Positions 55,201 to 64,000 of a stretch of 64,000 bases of DNA are shown here, piece after piece. The notes below the pieces were generated by a model. It worked only from the letters and a program-made list of their open reading frames with translations. It made no database searches and had not been told where the DNA came from. The first letter of the stretch is position 1. The number at the start of each line of letters is the position of its first letter. Location of the stretch: NCBI GenBank assembly GCA_964452165.1, contig CAYVKP010000001.1:204110-268109 (forward strand), in the 5' to 3' direction. Origin of the DNA: an uncultured Gammaproteobacteria bacterium (GTDB lineage: Bacteria; Patescibacteriota; Microgenomatia; Levybacterales; GWA1-39-11). The translations under genes were made by a program, and so were the position numbers.

Positions 55201-56676
55201 TTATCTGCTACTAACCGGGTCACCAGAGATTACGTTTCTTGAGACAATTACATTGTCTCCGCTGCTAAGTCCGCTTTGAACCTCAATATAATCACCAAAG
55301 ACAGAACCAAGTTTAACTTGTTTGCTTTTTGCGGTTCCTCCATCATCTACAAAAATATAAGAGCTATTTTGTGACTGATAAACCGAATCAATCGGAATAA
55401 ATGGTGCAACACTTGATGTATCTGCGTATCCAACTGGAATATCGATTTTTATGTAGCCCTTGTCTGTAAGTTCATTTTGAAATTCTCCAGAAAGCGTATA
55501 GAAAATTGCATACAAAGACCCGTCAGTTGCCTCGTTTGAAATATAAGATGGCGTGATTTGTTGGGTTTGTCCATCAGGTAGATAAATGGTACTGTCCTCA
55601 ATATTTGAAGCGTTTTTTGCAATGTAATATGGAACTTTTGCGACAATTTTTAAATCTTGCTCTCCATGAAGAAGTAAGAGTGGTGTTCCAGGATTAACGC
55701 TCTGTCCAACTGTTACATAAACTCTTTCAACAACACCCGCAAAAGGAGCCGAAGGAAACATGGTAGCTTCATTGACCTGGGCGATTGCCAAAGACAGCCT
55801 GCTTGCTTCAAGTGACAGATCAAGCGCTTTTTGTTGAAGGTCGAGCTGTCTATTTGTAAGATCGAATCCAAGAGTCACCAATTGAGCAGCAGGACCTGAC
55901 GTGTCGGTCGCAAGTCTTGCCTGTCTTTGTCCCGCATTAAGCTGATTAATGGCTTGTTCAAGACCACTTACCTGACTTCTCAGGGCGATATTATTTGGAT
56001 CACTCTGTAACTGTTGGTTTAATAAACCCAAAGTAACATTGTCAAAATCTATAAGACCCTGAGTATCGCTTATCGACTGGTTTGTAATATCTCGCATTCT
56101 GTCTGAGTTTGTTTTATTTTGGTTTGCGATATCCCTCTGTTTTTGAATAATGTCTTTTTGCGTACCATATGTATCTTTTGCATTTTTATACTGGGTTGAT
56201 GCAAGTTGTCTTTGAAGACTCGCTGTATTTCCACCACTATAGTTAGTTGCTATTGATACAAGGTTTGTGCCGCTTGAAACTTCTTGTCCTTCAGTGACGT
56301 TTATCCCGGATATTACTCCTGGGGTAAGCGCAACAATTTTTACAACACCTGATTTTTCAACCTGAGCATCAACATGGACCTGAGGTGCCCTACCGATTCT
56401 GTAGATTTCGACTCTTTTGATTGGTATTTTTACAGCAGTTTCAGCTTTGGGACGGCGCAAGAAACTTCCCATGATTATTAAAAGAAGAATTAAACCAATC
56501 AGAGAAAAGAAAACCGTGAATGGCTTCCTCTCAATTAGGTCTCCTGCATGTCTTGTTATGATTTTAATTCTGCCCTTTGGGTTAATCACTCTGATTCGCT
56601 CGGAAAAACCCGAAATGTTATCCGAAACACGGTCACGAATCACATAAAGCCTACTGGGTTTTTTATTTTTTGCCAT
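55201..56676 (-). CDS. HlyD-family periplasmic adaptor (membrane fusion protein) for the RND pump
   Basis: N-terminal TM, biotinyl/lipoyl-like hairpins (VVKIVALTPGVISGINVTEGQEV), a long coiled coil and a C-terminal beta domain. Lies immediately upstream of the RND gene on the same strand. Confidence 0.55.
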   Translation of the reverse strand: MAKNKKPSRLYVIRDRVSDNISGFSERIRVINPKGRIKIITRHAGDLIERKPFTVFFSLIGLILLLIIMGSFLRRPKAETAVKIPIKRVEIYRIGRAPQVHVDAQVEKSGVVKIVALTPGVISGINVTEGQEVSSGTNLVSIATNYSGGNTASLQRQLASTQYKNAKDTYGTQKDIIQKQRDIANQNKTNSDRMRDITNQSISDTQGLIDFDNVTLGLLNQQLQSDPNNIALRSQVSGLEQAINQLNAGQRQARLATDTSGPAAQLVTLGFDLTNRQLDLQQKALDLSLEASRLSLAIAQVNEATMFPSAPFAGVVERVYVTVGQSVNPGTPLLLLHGEQDLKIVAKVPYYIAKNASNIEDSTIYLPDGQTQQITPSYISNEATDGSLYAIFYTLSGEFQNELTDKGYIKIDIPVGYADTSSVAPFIPIDSVYQSQNSSYIFVDDGGTAKSKQVKLGSVFGDYIEVQSGLSSGDNVIVSRNVISGDPVSSR

Positions 56677-56858
56677 TAAAATGCTTGGGTAGTTTTTGAG
56701 GTTACACTCGGTGACAGACGAGTAGGCAGGTAAGCTAAACTAACTATGGGATTTTAACTGAATAACTGTTTAATGTCAACCTTCCCGAGGCTCAACTCAT
56801 GCTATAATAATCTAGCATGACAGCCCTTCGCATAAGCTCAGGGTAAACAGATTTTGAA

Positions 56859-58658
56859 ATGAAGGCAAACGAAATAATAGAAAAGTATATAAATTTTTTT
56901 AAAGCCCAAGGCCACATTCAGATACAAAATTCCTCACTCGTCCCGGAAAACGATCCTACAACTTTATTTACGTCCTCCGGAATGCAGCCTCTTGTGCCAT
57001 ATTTACTTGGAGAGTCTCATCCTCAAGGAAAACGTCTGGTGAATGTTCAAAATTGTTTTAGAGCACAAGATATTGATGAAATTGGTGATAACCGTCACAC
57101 AACATTTTTTAGAATGTTAGGTAACTGGTCTTTGGGTGATTATTTTAGAGAAGAACAGCTTCCGTGGTTTTTTGAATTTTTAACCGAACAGTTAAATATA
57201 GATCCCGCAAGATTATATGTTTCTATCTTCAAGGGATACAAAGATATAGGAAAAGACACCGCATCTGAAAACATTTGGAGAGAGCTGTTTGCTTCCAAAA
57301 ACGTAAACCCCGAAGGTAGAATTTTTGAATATGGCGTTGATGAAAATTGGTGGTCAAGAGCGGGTGAACCTGATAACATGCCAGTTGGAGAACCGGGAGG
57401 AACAGACAGTGAAGTTTTCTTTGATTTCTATCCTGACCAGAAGTTTGAAAAAGACCTGAAGATTTACTCCCACGACGGAAGGCTTCTTGAAATAGGAAAT
57501 TCTGTTTTTATGCAATACAAAAAAACAGCATCTGGTTTTGAGGAGTTACCACAAAAAAATGTTGATTTTGGTGGAGGAGTCGAGCGTTTGGTCGCAGCAA
57601 CTGAAGACGAGCAGGATATTTTCAAAACCTCTACCTTCAAAAAAATAGTTGATACCATTGAAGAAACCATTTCGGGTACAAACTACGAAGATCACAAGAC
57701 TGAAATGAGAATTGTAACAGATCATTTTATTTCCTCAATTTTTATTGCTGCCTCAGGAATTCGTCCTTCAAATAAGGATCAAGGATATGTTTTGAGAAGA
57801 TTTATAAGGCGGGGACTCGACAATCTTTATGATCTTAGGGAGGGAGCGGGAATAGATCCTATACTTGATTCAATTTTTCTTGAATATCAAAAAACTGACC
57901 CTTGGATTACCGACCACTTCGCGGAAGTAAAAAGTGTGATTCTTGAAGAGGAAGGTAAATATAGCCAAACCAGGAAAAAAGCCAGAGCTTTTATTGAAAA
58001 AAAGTATCAGAGTAAACAGGTTGGGGGAGAAATTCTTGGAGTGACAGAAATTTCGTCAGACGATGCATTTGCGCTTTACACAACTCACGGTTTATCACCG
58101 ACCCAAATAAAAAGTCTCGGTTACGTTTTTAATGACCAGGAGTTTGCTAACAAAATGGAAGAGCATCAAAAGTTGTCACGTTCAGGAGCGCAGCAAAAAT
58201 TTGCAGGAGGGCTTGCAGATAATGAAGAGCTTACAGTTAAGGGTCACACTGCAACGCATCTTATGCATCAGGCGCTTCGTGATGTTTTGGGAGATCAAGT
58301 TCATCAAACGGGTTCCAATATAACAACTGAAAGAGTCCGTTTTGACTTTAATTACGATAAGAAACTCACAGATGAAGAGACTAAGAAAGTTGAAGAAATA
58401 GTTCGCCAAAAAATTTCGGAAAATCTTCCTGTCCGTTTTGAAATCATGCCACTTGCTAGAGCAAAAGAAATCGGTGCTATCGGCTTGTTTGACGAAAAGT
58501 ACCAAAAAGACGTAAAAGTTTATTTTGTAGGCGATTATTCTAAGGAATTTTGCGGAGGTCCCCACGTCAATTTTACAGGGGAGATTAAAAGTTTTAAAAT
58601 AATAAAGGAAGAAAGCCTTGGAAAAACCAACAGGCGAATTTATGCTGTAGTCGAATAG
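56859..58658 (+). CDS. alaS: Alanine--tRNA ligase, short form (catalytic plus editing domains, no C-Ala domain)
   Basis: FTSSGMQP, RHTTFFRMLGNWSLGDYF, editing HTATHLMHQALR and FCGGPHV. 599 aa. Confidence 0.85.
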   Translation: MKANEIIEKYINFFKAQGHIQIQNSSLVPENDPTTLFTSSGMQPLVPYLLGESHPQGKRLVNVQNCFRAQDIDEIGDNRHTTFFRMLGNWSLGDYFREEQLPWFFEFLTEQLNIDPARLYVSIFKGYKDIGKDTASENIWRELFASKNVNPEGRIFEYGVDENWWSRAGEPDNMPVGEPGGTDSEVFFDFYPDQKFEKDLKIYSHDGRLLEIGNSVFMQYKKTASGFEELPQKNVDFGGGVERLVAATEDEQDIFKTSTFKKIVDTIEETISGTNYEDHKTEMRIVTDHFISSIFIAASGIRPSNKDQGYVLRRFIRRGLDNLYDLREGAGIDPILDSIFLEYQKTDPWITDHFAEVKSVILEEEGKYSQTRKKARAFIEKKYQSKQVGGEILGVTEISSDDAFALYTTHGLSPTQIKSLGYVFNDQEFANKMEEHQKLSRSGAQQKFAGGLADNEELTVKGHTATHLMHQALRDVLGDQVHQTGSNITTERVRFDFNYDKKLTDEETKKVEEIVRQKISENLPVRFEIMPLARAKEIGAIGLFDEKYQKDVKVYFVGDYSKEFCGGPHVNFTGEIKSFKIIKEESLGKTNRRIYAVVE

Positions 58659-58677
58659 CTTCGGCCAGACCAAAATC

Positions 58678-60921
58678 ATGCAACTGCCTTTTTTGAAAAA
58701 AACTACACCCGAGAAAAACTTTTTTCTTGCATTACTCGTCAAGCCCTATAAGGTTGGAGCAATTTTATTCGAAGAAATAAATGATAAGTTATTTATTCTT
58801 GCAACTAATGAAGTAAAAGTTGGGGAGCAGGTAGATAATTTATCCCCGGAGGATCTTCTTGAAGCGGCTGACAAGGCAATAAGCGCGGTTGAAGGAAGTC
58901 TTCCTGAGGGAGGGAGTGTTGAGAAGACAATTTTTTCCGTTCCTTACACGTGGATAGTAGACGGAAAGATAGACAAGGTTCCTCTTGAGCGCCTTAAGAA
59001 GATTTGTGAAGCCCTGGGACTTGTGCCTATGGGTTATCTAACGACTATCGATGCAATTGTATCTTTCCTTGCGCAACAAGAGGGCGCACCGGTTTCGGCA
59101 ATTTTCGTTGAAGTGGCAAAGAAAAGTGTTTTTGTATATCTGGTGCGTGCAGGACGAATCCTTGAGCAACATAGTACGGAAGTTGAAGATAAGCTTTTAG
59201 AGACAGTAAACGCTCTTCTAAAAAAGATAAGCTCGGTTGATGTTCTTCCTTCAAAAATAATCTTACTTGATTATGAAGGTGCAGTAAGCGCCCAGCAAGA
59301 TTTTTTATCACATACATGGCCTAAGGAAATTCCATTTTTACATTTGCCCCAAGTTATGGTTCTCGAGAAGGGGTTTGAAAATGAAGCGACTATAAACGGG
59401 GTTGCAACACAAATGGATTTAGAGGTTTTATCCGATATCAAAACCATTGAGGAGACGCCGTCAGAACCAGCACTTGGGAAAGCGGAAGCGGCAGACTTTG
59501 GTTTTATGAAAGAAAAAGACGTTGCAATAGAAAAGCCCCCTGAGAAAGTTGAAGGTTTGGATAAATCTGATAATTTGGAAATCCCAAGTAAAAAATCCGC
59601 AAAAAAGGGAGAACCAGACGTGAATTACTTTAAAGAAGAAAATAGTTCAGAAGAAGGTCGAGAAGAAATATCCGAAACACCATCTCGCAGTTCTTCCGGG
59701 CTTGCGGTTCTGTCCTCTTTGCCGCAGCTATCTGCTCTAGTTAGAAATATAAGAATTCCAGAGCTTAAGGTTCTGAGTAACTTTTCCGCAAGTCCAGCAA
59801 AATTAAAATTAGTAGGAATCATTGGAGCAGTTTTTGTAGTTATAATTCTCGTTGCACTTGCTTACTATAACGTAATCCTTAGCGCTCAAGTCAACGTGTT
59901 TTTAGATAAACGTGCAATAGATAAAACCGCAGATGTGGGATTTGCGCAAAATCCCACGACTGATAAAACGATAAAAATCTCTACACTTACCGAGGAGGTC
60001 AAAGGCGACGATACAAAAAATTCAACCGGAACCAAAGAAACCGGAGACAAGGCAACCGGAACTATCACCATATATAACAAGACCGAAGACGATAAGAATT
60101 TTCCCAAAGGTACAATTCTAGTAGGGCCAAACAATCTGGAGTTTGATCTTCAAGATAGCGTGAGTATTGCATCTACAAGCTCTTTTGCAACAGCATTATC
60201 TAGTGGAAAAGGTAAAGTTAATGCTTCAAAATTTGGAAAAGAATATAATTTACCTTCTTCGACAAACTTTACTGTTAAAGGATTCTCATCCTCTCAATTT
60301 ATTGCCAAAAACGACAGTGCATTAACGGGTGGTACTAAAAAAGAAACGACAGTTGTTTCAGATAAAGACCTTCAAGATTTACTAGTATCGGTTACAGATA
60401 AGTTAAGTCACAATGCAATAGACCAAGCAAAGCAGAAATTGGCAAGCGACTCAGATCTTTTGCCAAGTCCCTTATCATCTGACGTGACTGATAAGAACTA
60501 CACAAGAAAGGCGGGAGACGAGACAGGAAGTGTCGGAATCAGCGCGACAATAAAATATACACTTGCCAGTTACAGTAAATCTGATTTACAAAAAGTTGTT
60601 GATTCTCTTTCCGCAGGTCAAATTCCGGATACTTACAGTCTTGAATCAAATTCTTCAAAGATAGAAATCTCAGACGTAAATGTAACGCGCGATCAGACAG
60701 CGAGCGCTAAGCTTCACGTCAATGCAATCTACACACCCAAAATCGATAATAAAAAATTAGCTGCCGGAATTTCAGGAAAAAGTGAAAATGCTGCCATCAA
60801 AAAAATTAAATCAATAACCGGAGTAACAGATGTAGTAATTAATTTTAAAAGAACGATTCCTATATTTCCAAAACTTTTACCATTAAACTTTCACAACATA
60901 AATATTGAAGTCAAAAATTAA
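58678..60921 (+). CDS. Large membrane protein with cytoplasmic N-domain, central TM and Ser/Thr/Lys-rich extracytoplasmic domain, hypothetical
   Basis: TM LVGIIGAVFVVIILVALAYY near residue 385. No sorting signal at the C-terminus. Confidence 0.4.
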   Translation: MQLPFLKKTTPEKNFFLALLVKPYKVGAILFEEINDKLFILATNEVKVGEQVDNLSPEDLLEAADKAISAVEGSLPEGGSVEKTIFSVPYTWIVDGKIDKVPLERLKKICEALGLVPMGYLTTIDAIVSFLAQQEGAPVSAIFVEVAKKSVFVYLVRAGRILEQHSTEVEDKLLETVNALLKKISSVDVLPSKIILLDYEGAVSAQQDFLSHTWPKEIPFLHLPQVMVLEKGFENEATINGVATQMDLEVLSDIKTIEETPSEPALGKAEAADFGFMKEKDVAIEKPPEKVEGLDKSDNLEIPSKKSAKKGEPDVNYFKEENSSEEGREEISETPSRSSSGLAVLSSLPQLSALVRNIRIPELKVLSNFSASPAKLKLVGIIGAVFVVIILVALAYYNVILSAQVNVFLDKRAIDKTADVGFAQNPTTDKTIKISTLTEEVKGDDTKNSTGTKETGDKATGTITIYNKTEDDKNFPKGTILVGPNNLEFDLQDSVSIASTSSFATALSSGKGKVNASKFGKEYNLPSSTNFTVKGFSSSQFIAKNDSALTGGTKKETTVVSDKDLQDLLVSVTDKLSHNAIDQAKQKLASDSDLLPSPLSSDVTDKNYTRKAGDETGSVGISATIKYTLASYSKSDLQKVVDSLSAGQIPDTYSLESNSSKIEISDVNVTRDQTASAKLHVNAIYTPKIDNKKLAAGISGKSENAAIKKIKSITGVTDVVINFKRTIPIFPKLLPLNFHNINIEVKN

Positions 60922-60924
60922 AGT

Positions 60925-61647
60925 ATGAAATATTACGTGAAAACCAACGGCCCAAGGAGAAAGAGGAACCCAAAAAAAACCTTCGGATTATTGTTTATCC
61001 TGGCCGGCATTGGTATATTTCTATATTTTTTCTTTCCCGTTCTTTCTTACCAAATATTTTTAGCCAACGCCTATGAAGGTGCGGGTATTGAAGTTCCGAT
61101 ACCAAAATATCTCGTTGTAAGTAAAACCGCAGACATTGGAAGTTTGGTTTCAGCGGGCTTTGCATCCCTCACTACCAATTTTAACGATGCAAGAAATTGG
61201 TATCCGGGTATGTCTAATACCGCTCAAAAAAGTAGCATTGATTCCTATACCTTGTCGATTCCCAAACTGAAAATAGAAAGCGCTGAAGTATCAACCAAGG
61301 ATTACAATTTAGACCGTCATCTCGTCCAATATTTTGGTACAGCAATTCCGGGACAAAAAGGGACGGCAGTAATTTTTGGTCATTCAACGATTCCGGCCTG
61401 GTTTGACCCAAAAAATTACAAAGCGATTTTTGCAACCTTGCATACAATAAAAGTGGGCGACGAATTTTCAGCAACCGTTGCAGGGATAACTTATAAGTAC
61501 AAGATATTTTCAATAATTATCACAAATCCTGCTGATACTAATATTTTGAGTCAAAGTTATGACAATTCTTATATTACAATTGTTACATGTACTCCTCCCG
61601 GAACTATTTGGAAAAGACTTATTGTCCGTGCCGCTCTTGAGTCATAA
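60925..61647 (+). CDS. Sortase-family transpeptidase
   Basis: TM anchor, His (AVIFGHSTIP), Cys (ITIVTCTPPGT) and Arg (KRLIVRAAL). Confidence 0.7.
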   Translation: MKYYVKTNGPRRKRNPKKTFGLLFILAGIGIFLYFFFPVLSYQIFLANAYEGAGIEVPIPKYLVVSKTADIGSLVSAGFASLTTNFNDARNWYPGMSNTAQKSSIDSYTLSIPKLKIESAEVSTKDYNLDRHLVQYFGTAIPGQKGTAVIFGHSTIPAWFDPKNYKAIFATLHTIKVGDEFSATVAGITYKYKIFSIIITNPADTNILSQSYDNSYITIVTCTPPGTIWKRLIVRAALES

Positions 61648-61912
61648 TATGCAAGAAGAAACTATCCAACAAATTCCCGCAGACCAAGAGTTCGGAATAA
61701 CCGAACAGGAGGAAAAAAATTATAAACTCCAGGGAATATTAGCGAGAATTAAATATTACTTCCAAAGTGCTGAACCCTTTATTGTCAAAATGTTAAATTC
61801 CATAATCTACACAACAATTAAATTTCTCAAAACAGTAGTTACTATGATTATAAGAATGGCACTTGGGAAAGACGTTTAAAGGGGACTAGTCATTTATGAT
61901 TGGGAAAAGTTT

Positions 61913-63190
61913 ATGGACGAAAAAAATCTAGCACTTGAAGGTATAAGGAGAAAGCTTGTTGGGAAGAGACTTTCCTATAAGGAAATATATGCCATTATGG
62001 ACGAAATCGCCCAGGACAAACTCGGAGATGTTCTGACTACTTATTTTGTTGCCTCGGGATATTCGGAAGGATTTTCAAACGATGAGCTCTATTCTTTGAC
62101 CCGTGCAATGGTTGAGACGGGAGAGCATTTGAGCTTTCATGGAATAGTTGCAGATAAGCATTCGATAGGAGGAGTCCCAGGAACTCGTGTAACTTTAATT
62201 TTAGTGCCAATTATTGCCGCGGCCGGATTTAAAATTCCAAAAAGTTCTTCCCGTGCAATTACAACTCCTGCGGGTACGGCCGACTGCATGGAGGTCTTGG
62301 CAGGCGTTACTTTTGGTAAAGAAGACATTTATAAAATAGTTGATAAGACAAATGCGTGTATTGTTTGGGGTGGAAGCTTTAAGATTGCGCCGGCAGATGA
62401 TGAGATAATAAAAATTGAAGAACCGCTTGTTTTTGAGTCGTACGACAAGATTGTCGTTTCTGTAATGGCAAAAAAAGTTGCTTTTGGCTCGACCCACGTA
62501 ATAATTGATTTGCCGTATGGAAGGACAGCTAAAATTCATAGAGAAGAAGAAGCAGAGGTTCTCAAAAAGAAGTTTGAATATTTGGGCCATAAGTTTGGTA
62601 TAAAAGTTCACGCTTTTCCACACAAAATTGAAGAACCCGCGGGACGCGGAATAGGACCCTTGCTTGAATCGCGCGATAGCCTATCGGTTTTGGAACAAGC
62701 AGAAAATCGTCCAATGGCGCTTGAAGAATTAGCGATTAATGCTTCATCACAACTTTTGAAAATGTGTCTTGAGGATGCAAATCAAGAGATTAAAGAAGGC
62801 TTTGAAAAAAAATACAAAGATACAACAGAATGGGCCCAGGATCTACTGCGGAGCGGAAAAGCGCTCGAGGTTTTTAGGGAAATTGTGAAAGCACAAAAGG
62901 GAAATCCGGATATATCCTCTGCTCATCTGCAGCCCGGCAGATACTCCAAGCAAATAAAATCCACAAAAACAGGAAAAATAAAAAGAGTTTCAAGTAAAAA
63001 CATAACTACAATTGCAAAAATTTTAGGAGCGCCGGAAGACAAGAAAGCCGGAATTTTTCTTAACAAAAGAATTGGAGACCCAGCTGAGAAAGAGGAAGAA
63101 TTAATGATGCTGTATGCTGATAGTGAATACAGGCTGAAGGAAGCTCATGATTCACTTGATCTCTTCCCCATCTACGAGATGGAAAAATAA
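61913..63190 (+). CDS. Thymidine/AMP phosphorylase family protein (glycosyltransferase family 3, DeoA-like)
   Basis: ADKHSIGGVPGTRVTLILVPIIAAAG...TTPAGTADCMEVL matches the pyrimidine-nucleoside phosphorylase core. Confidence 0.8.
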   Translation: MDEKNLALEGIRRKLVGKRLSYKEIYAIMDEIAQDKLGDVLTTYFVASGYSEGFSNDELYSLTRAMVETGEHLSFHGIVADKHSIGGVPGTRVTLILVPIIAAAGFKIPKSSSRAITTPAGTADCMEVLAGVTFGKEDIYKIVDKTNACIVWGGSFKIAPADDEIIKIEEPLVFESYDKIVVSVMAKKVAFGSTHVIIDLPYGRTAKIHREEEAEVLKKKFEYLGHKFGIKVHAFPHKIEEPAGRGIGPLLESRDSLSVLEQAENRPMALEELAINASSQLLKMCLEDANQEIKEGFEKKYKDTTEWAQDLLRSGKALEVFREIVKAQKGNPDISSAHLQPGRYSKQIKSTKTGKIKRVSSKNITTIAKILGAPEDKKAGIFLNKRIGDPAEKEEELMMLYADSEYRLKEAHDSLDLFPIYEMEK

Positions 63191-63212
63191 TGTGGTAAAA
63201 TAGCATTTATTA

Positions 63213-64000
63213 ATGAAGAGATTTTTTATTGCGATACTTCTCCTTTTGGTTATTGCAGCAGGTGCATTTCTGTATTGGAAATCTGCAGTTGGTCCGGCAA
63301 ACGCAAATAATCACTCCAATAAAATATTCGTGATAGATCGTGGAGAAACAGTTCGCGAGATAGGTAACTCACTCAAGAAAGAGGGCTTAATTCGTGACGC
63401 TGTGGCCTTCTTTATTTATGTTAAATTAAATGCTCAGGATAAAAATGTTCAAGCAGGAGACTACAGACTTTCTCCCTCTATGAGTTTGGCAAAAATCGTT
63501 GACGCTTTAAACCATGGAACGCTTGACCGATGGGTCACAGTCCCAGAAGGTTTGCGAGCAGAGGAGATTGCCGATATTTTCAAAAAGACCCTTCCTACAT
63601 ATAAAGACTCTTGGCGAACAGAACTTGATGCAAACGAAGGTTATCTTTTCCCGGATACTTATCTTGTTCCAAAAGACGCGGATGTGGCTATGATTATTTC
63701 AATGATGCGAAACAACTTTGATAAGAGGGTTACGGAAGCGGGTATTAATGTTTCGGCTCTAGACCTGAAGCACGCAGTAATTATCGCCTCAATTATTGAG
63801 AAGGAAGCAAAATTTGCTGACGATTTTCCAATTGTTTCATCGGTTATTCACAATCGCCTAGATGACGGTATGCGTCTTCAGGTAGATCCTTCAGTTGCTT
63901 ACGTTCTTGGTTACCAGTCAGACACCAAAAAATGGTGGAAACAAGAATTGACATATGACGACCTAAAAATAAATTCTCCATATAACACTTATTTGAATGT
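63213..64000 (+). CDS. mltG: Endolytic murein transglycosylase MltG (YceG-like), 3'-partial
   Basis: N-terminal TM. YceG-like pattern (GDYRLSPSMSL..I...L..G, FPDTYL, LIIASIIEKEA). The ORF continues past the window end. Confidence 0.65.
   Translation, partial: MKRFFIAILLLLVIAAGAFLYWKSAVGPANANNHSNKIFVIDRGETVREIGNSLKKEGLIRDAVAFFIYVKLNAQDKNVQAGDYRLSPSMSLAKIVDALNHGTLDRWVTVPEGLRAEEIADIFKKTLPTYKDSWRTELDANEGYLFPDTYLVPKDADVAMIISMMRNNFDKRVTEAGINVSALDLKHAVIIASIIEKEAKFADDFPIVSSVIHNRLDDGMRLQVDPSVAYVLGYQSDTKKWWKQELTYDDLKINSPYNTYLN

Noticed and set aside
56677-56858. T-box leader upstream of alaS
   Set aside because: There is no AATTAGGGTGGNACCGCG-like T-box sequence or specifier-loop architecture. The region more likely holds divergent promoters.
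1-64000. CRISPR arrays, tRNA/rRNA genes, transposases or integrases
   Set aside because: I found no regularly spaced direct repeats, no cloverleaf-compatible GC stems in intergenic regions, and no DDE or tyrosine-recombinase motifs in any ORF.

Overview
The window is AT-rich (high-30s % GC by eye) with compact operons and short leaders, and resembles a Candidate Phyla Radiation (Patescibacteria) chromosome; that placement is inference. Four parts stand out.

1. Housekeeping genes. Information processing: nusA, a short infB, rpsO, pnp, RNase J, ftsK, nth, a short alaS and a 3'-partial mltG. Proteostasis: a DnaJ-like J-protein and a ClpC-like ATPase. Metabolism and stress: metK, msrB, a YvcK/CofD-family protein, a D-2-hydroxyacid dehydrogenase, a DeoA-family phosphorylase and an RND efflux pump with its HlyD-like adaptor.

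2. A cell-surface locus at about 18.5-31 kb. It holds two sortase genes, each directly downstream of its likely substrates. The three substrates (a 1601-aa DUF11/SdrD-B-type adhesin, an FN3-like protein and a Cys-repeat protein) share a non-canonical C-terminal sorting signal carrying a conserved (Q)VLGAST box. The locus also encodes a processive GT2 (QxxRW) synthase, other secreted proteins and a HEXXHXXGXXD metalloprotease. A third sortase lies at 60.9 kb.

3. A compositionally foreign, GC-rich island of about 3.3 kb (31.0-34.3 kb). It carries seven small minus-strand ORFan genes. One ends in a ThiS/MoaD-like beta-grasp domain with a terminal Gly-Gly. A promoter with GTCAC-N4-GTGAC palindromes lies beside it.

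4. A roughly 70-nt GC-rich repeat present at two loci (13.1 kb and 44.3 kb). Its hairpins show compensatory substitutions, and the second copy is flanked by a 20-bp target duplication at a convergent gene junction.

I saw no CRISPR array, tRNA, rRNA or transposase. A SAM-riboswitch-like metK leader and a nusA leader attenuator are proposed at lower confidence.
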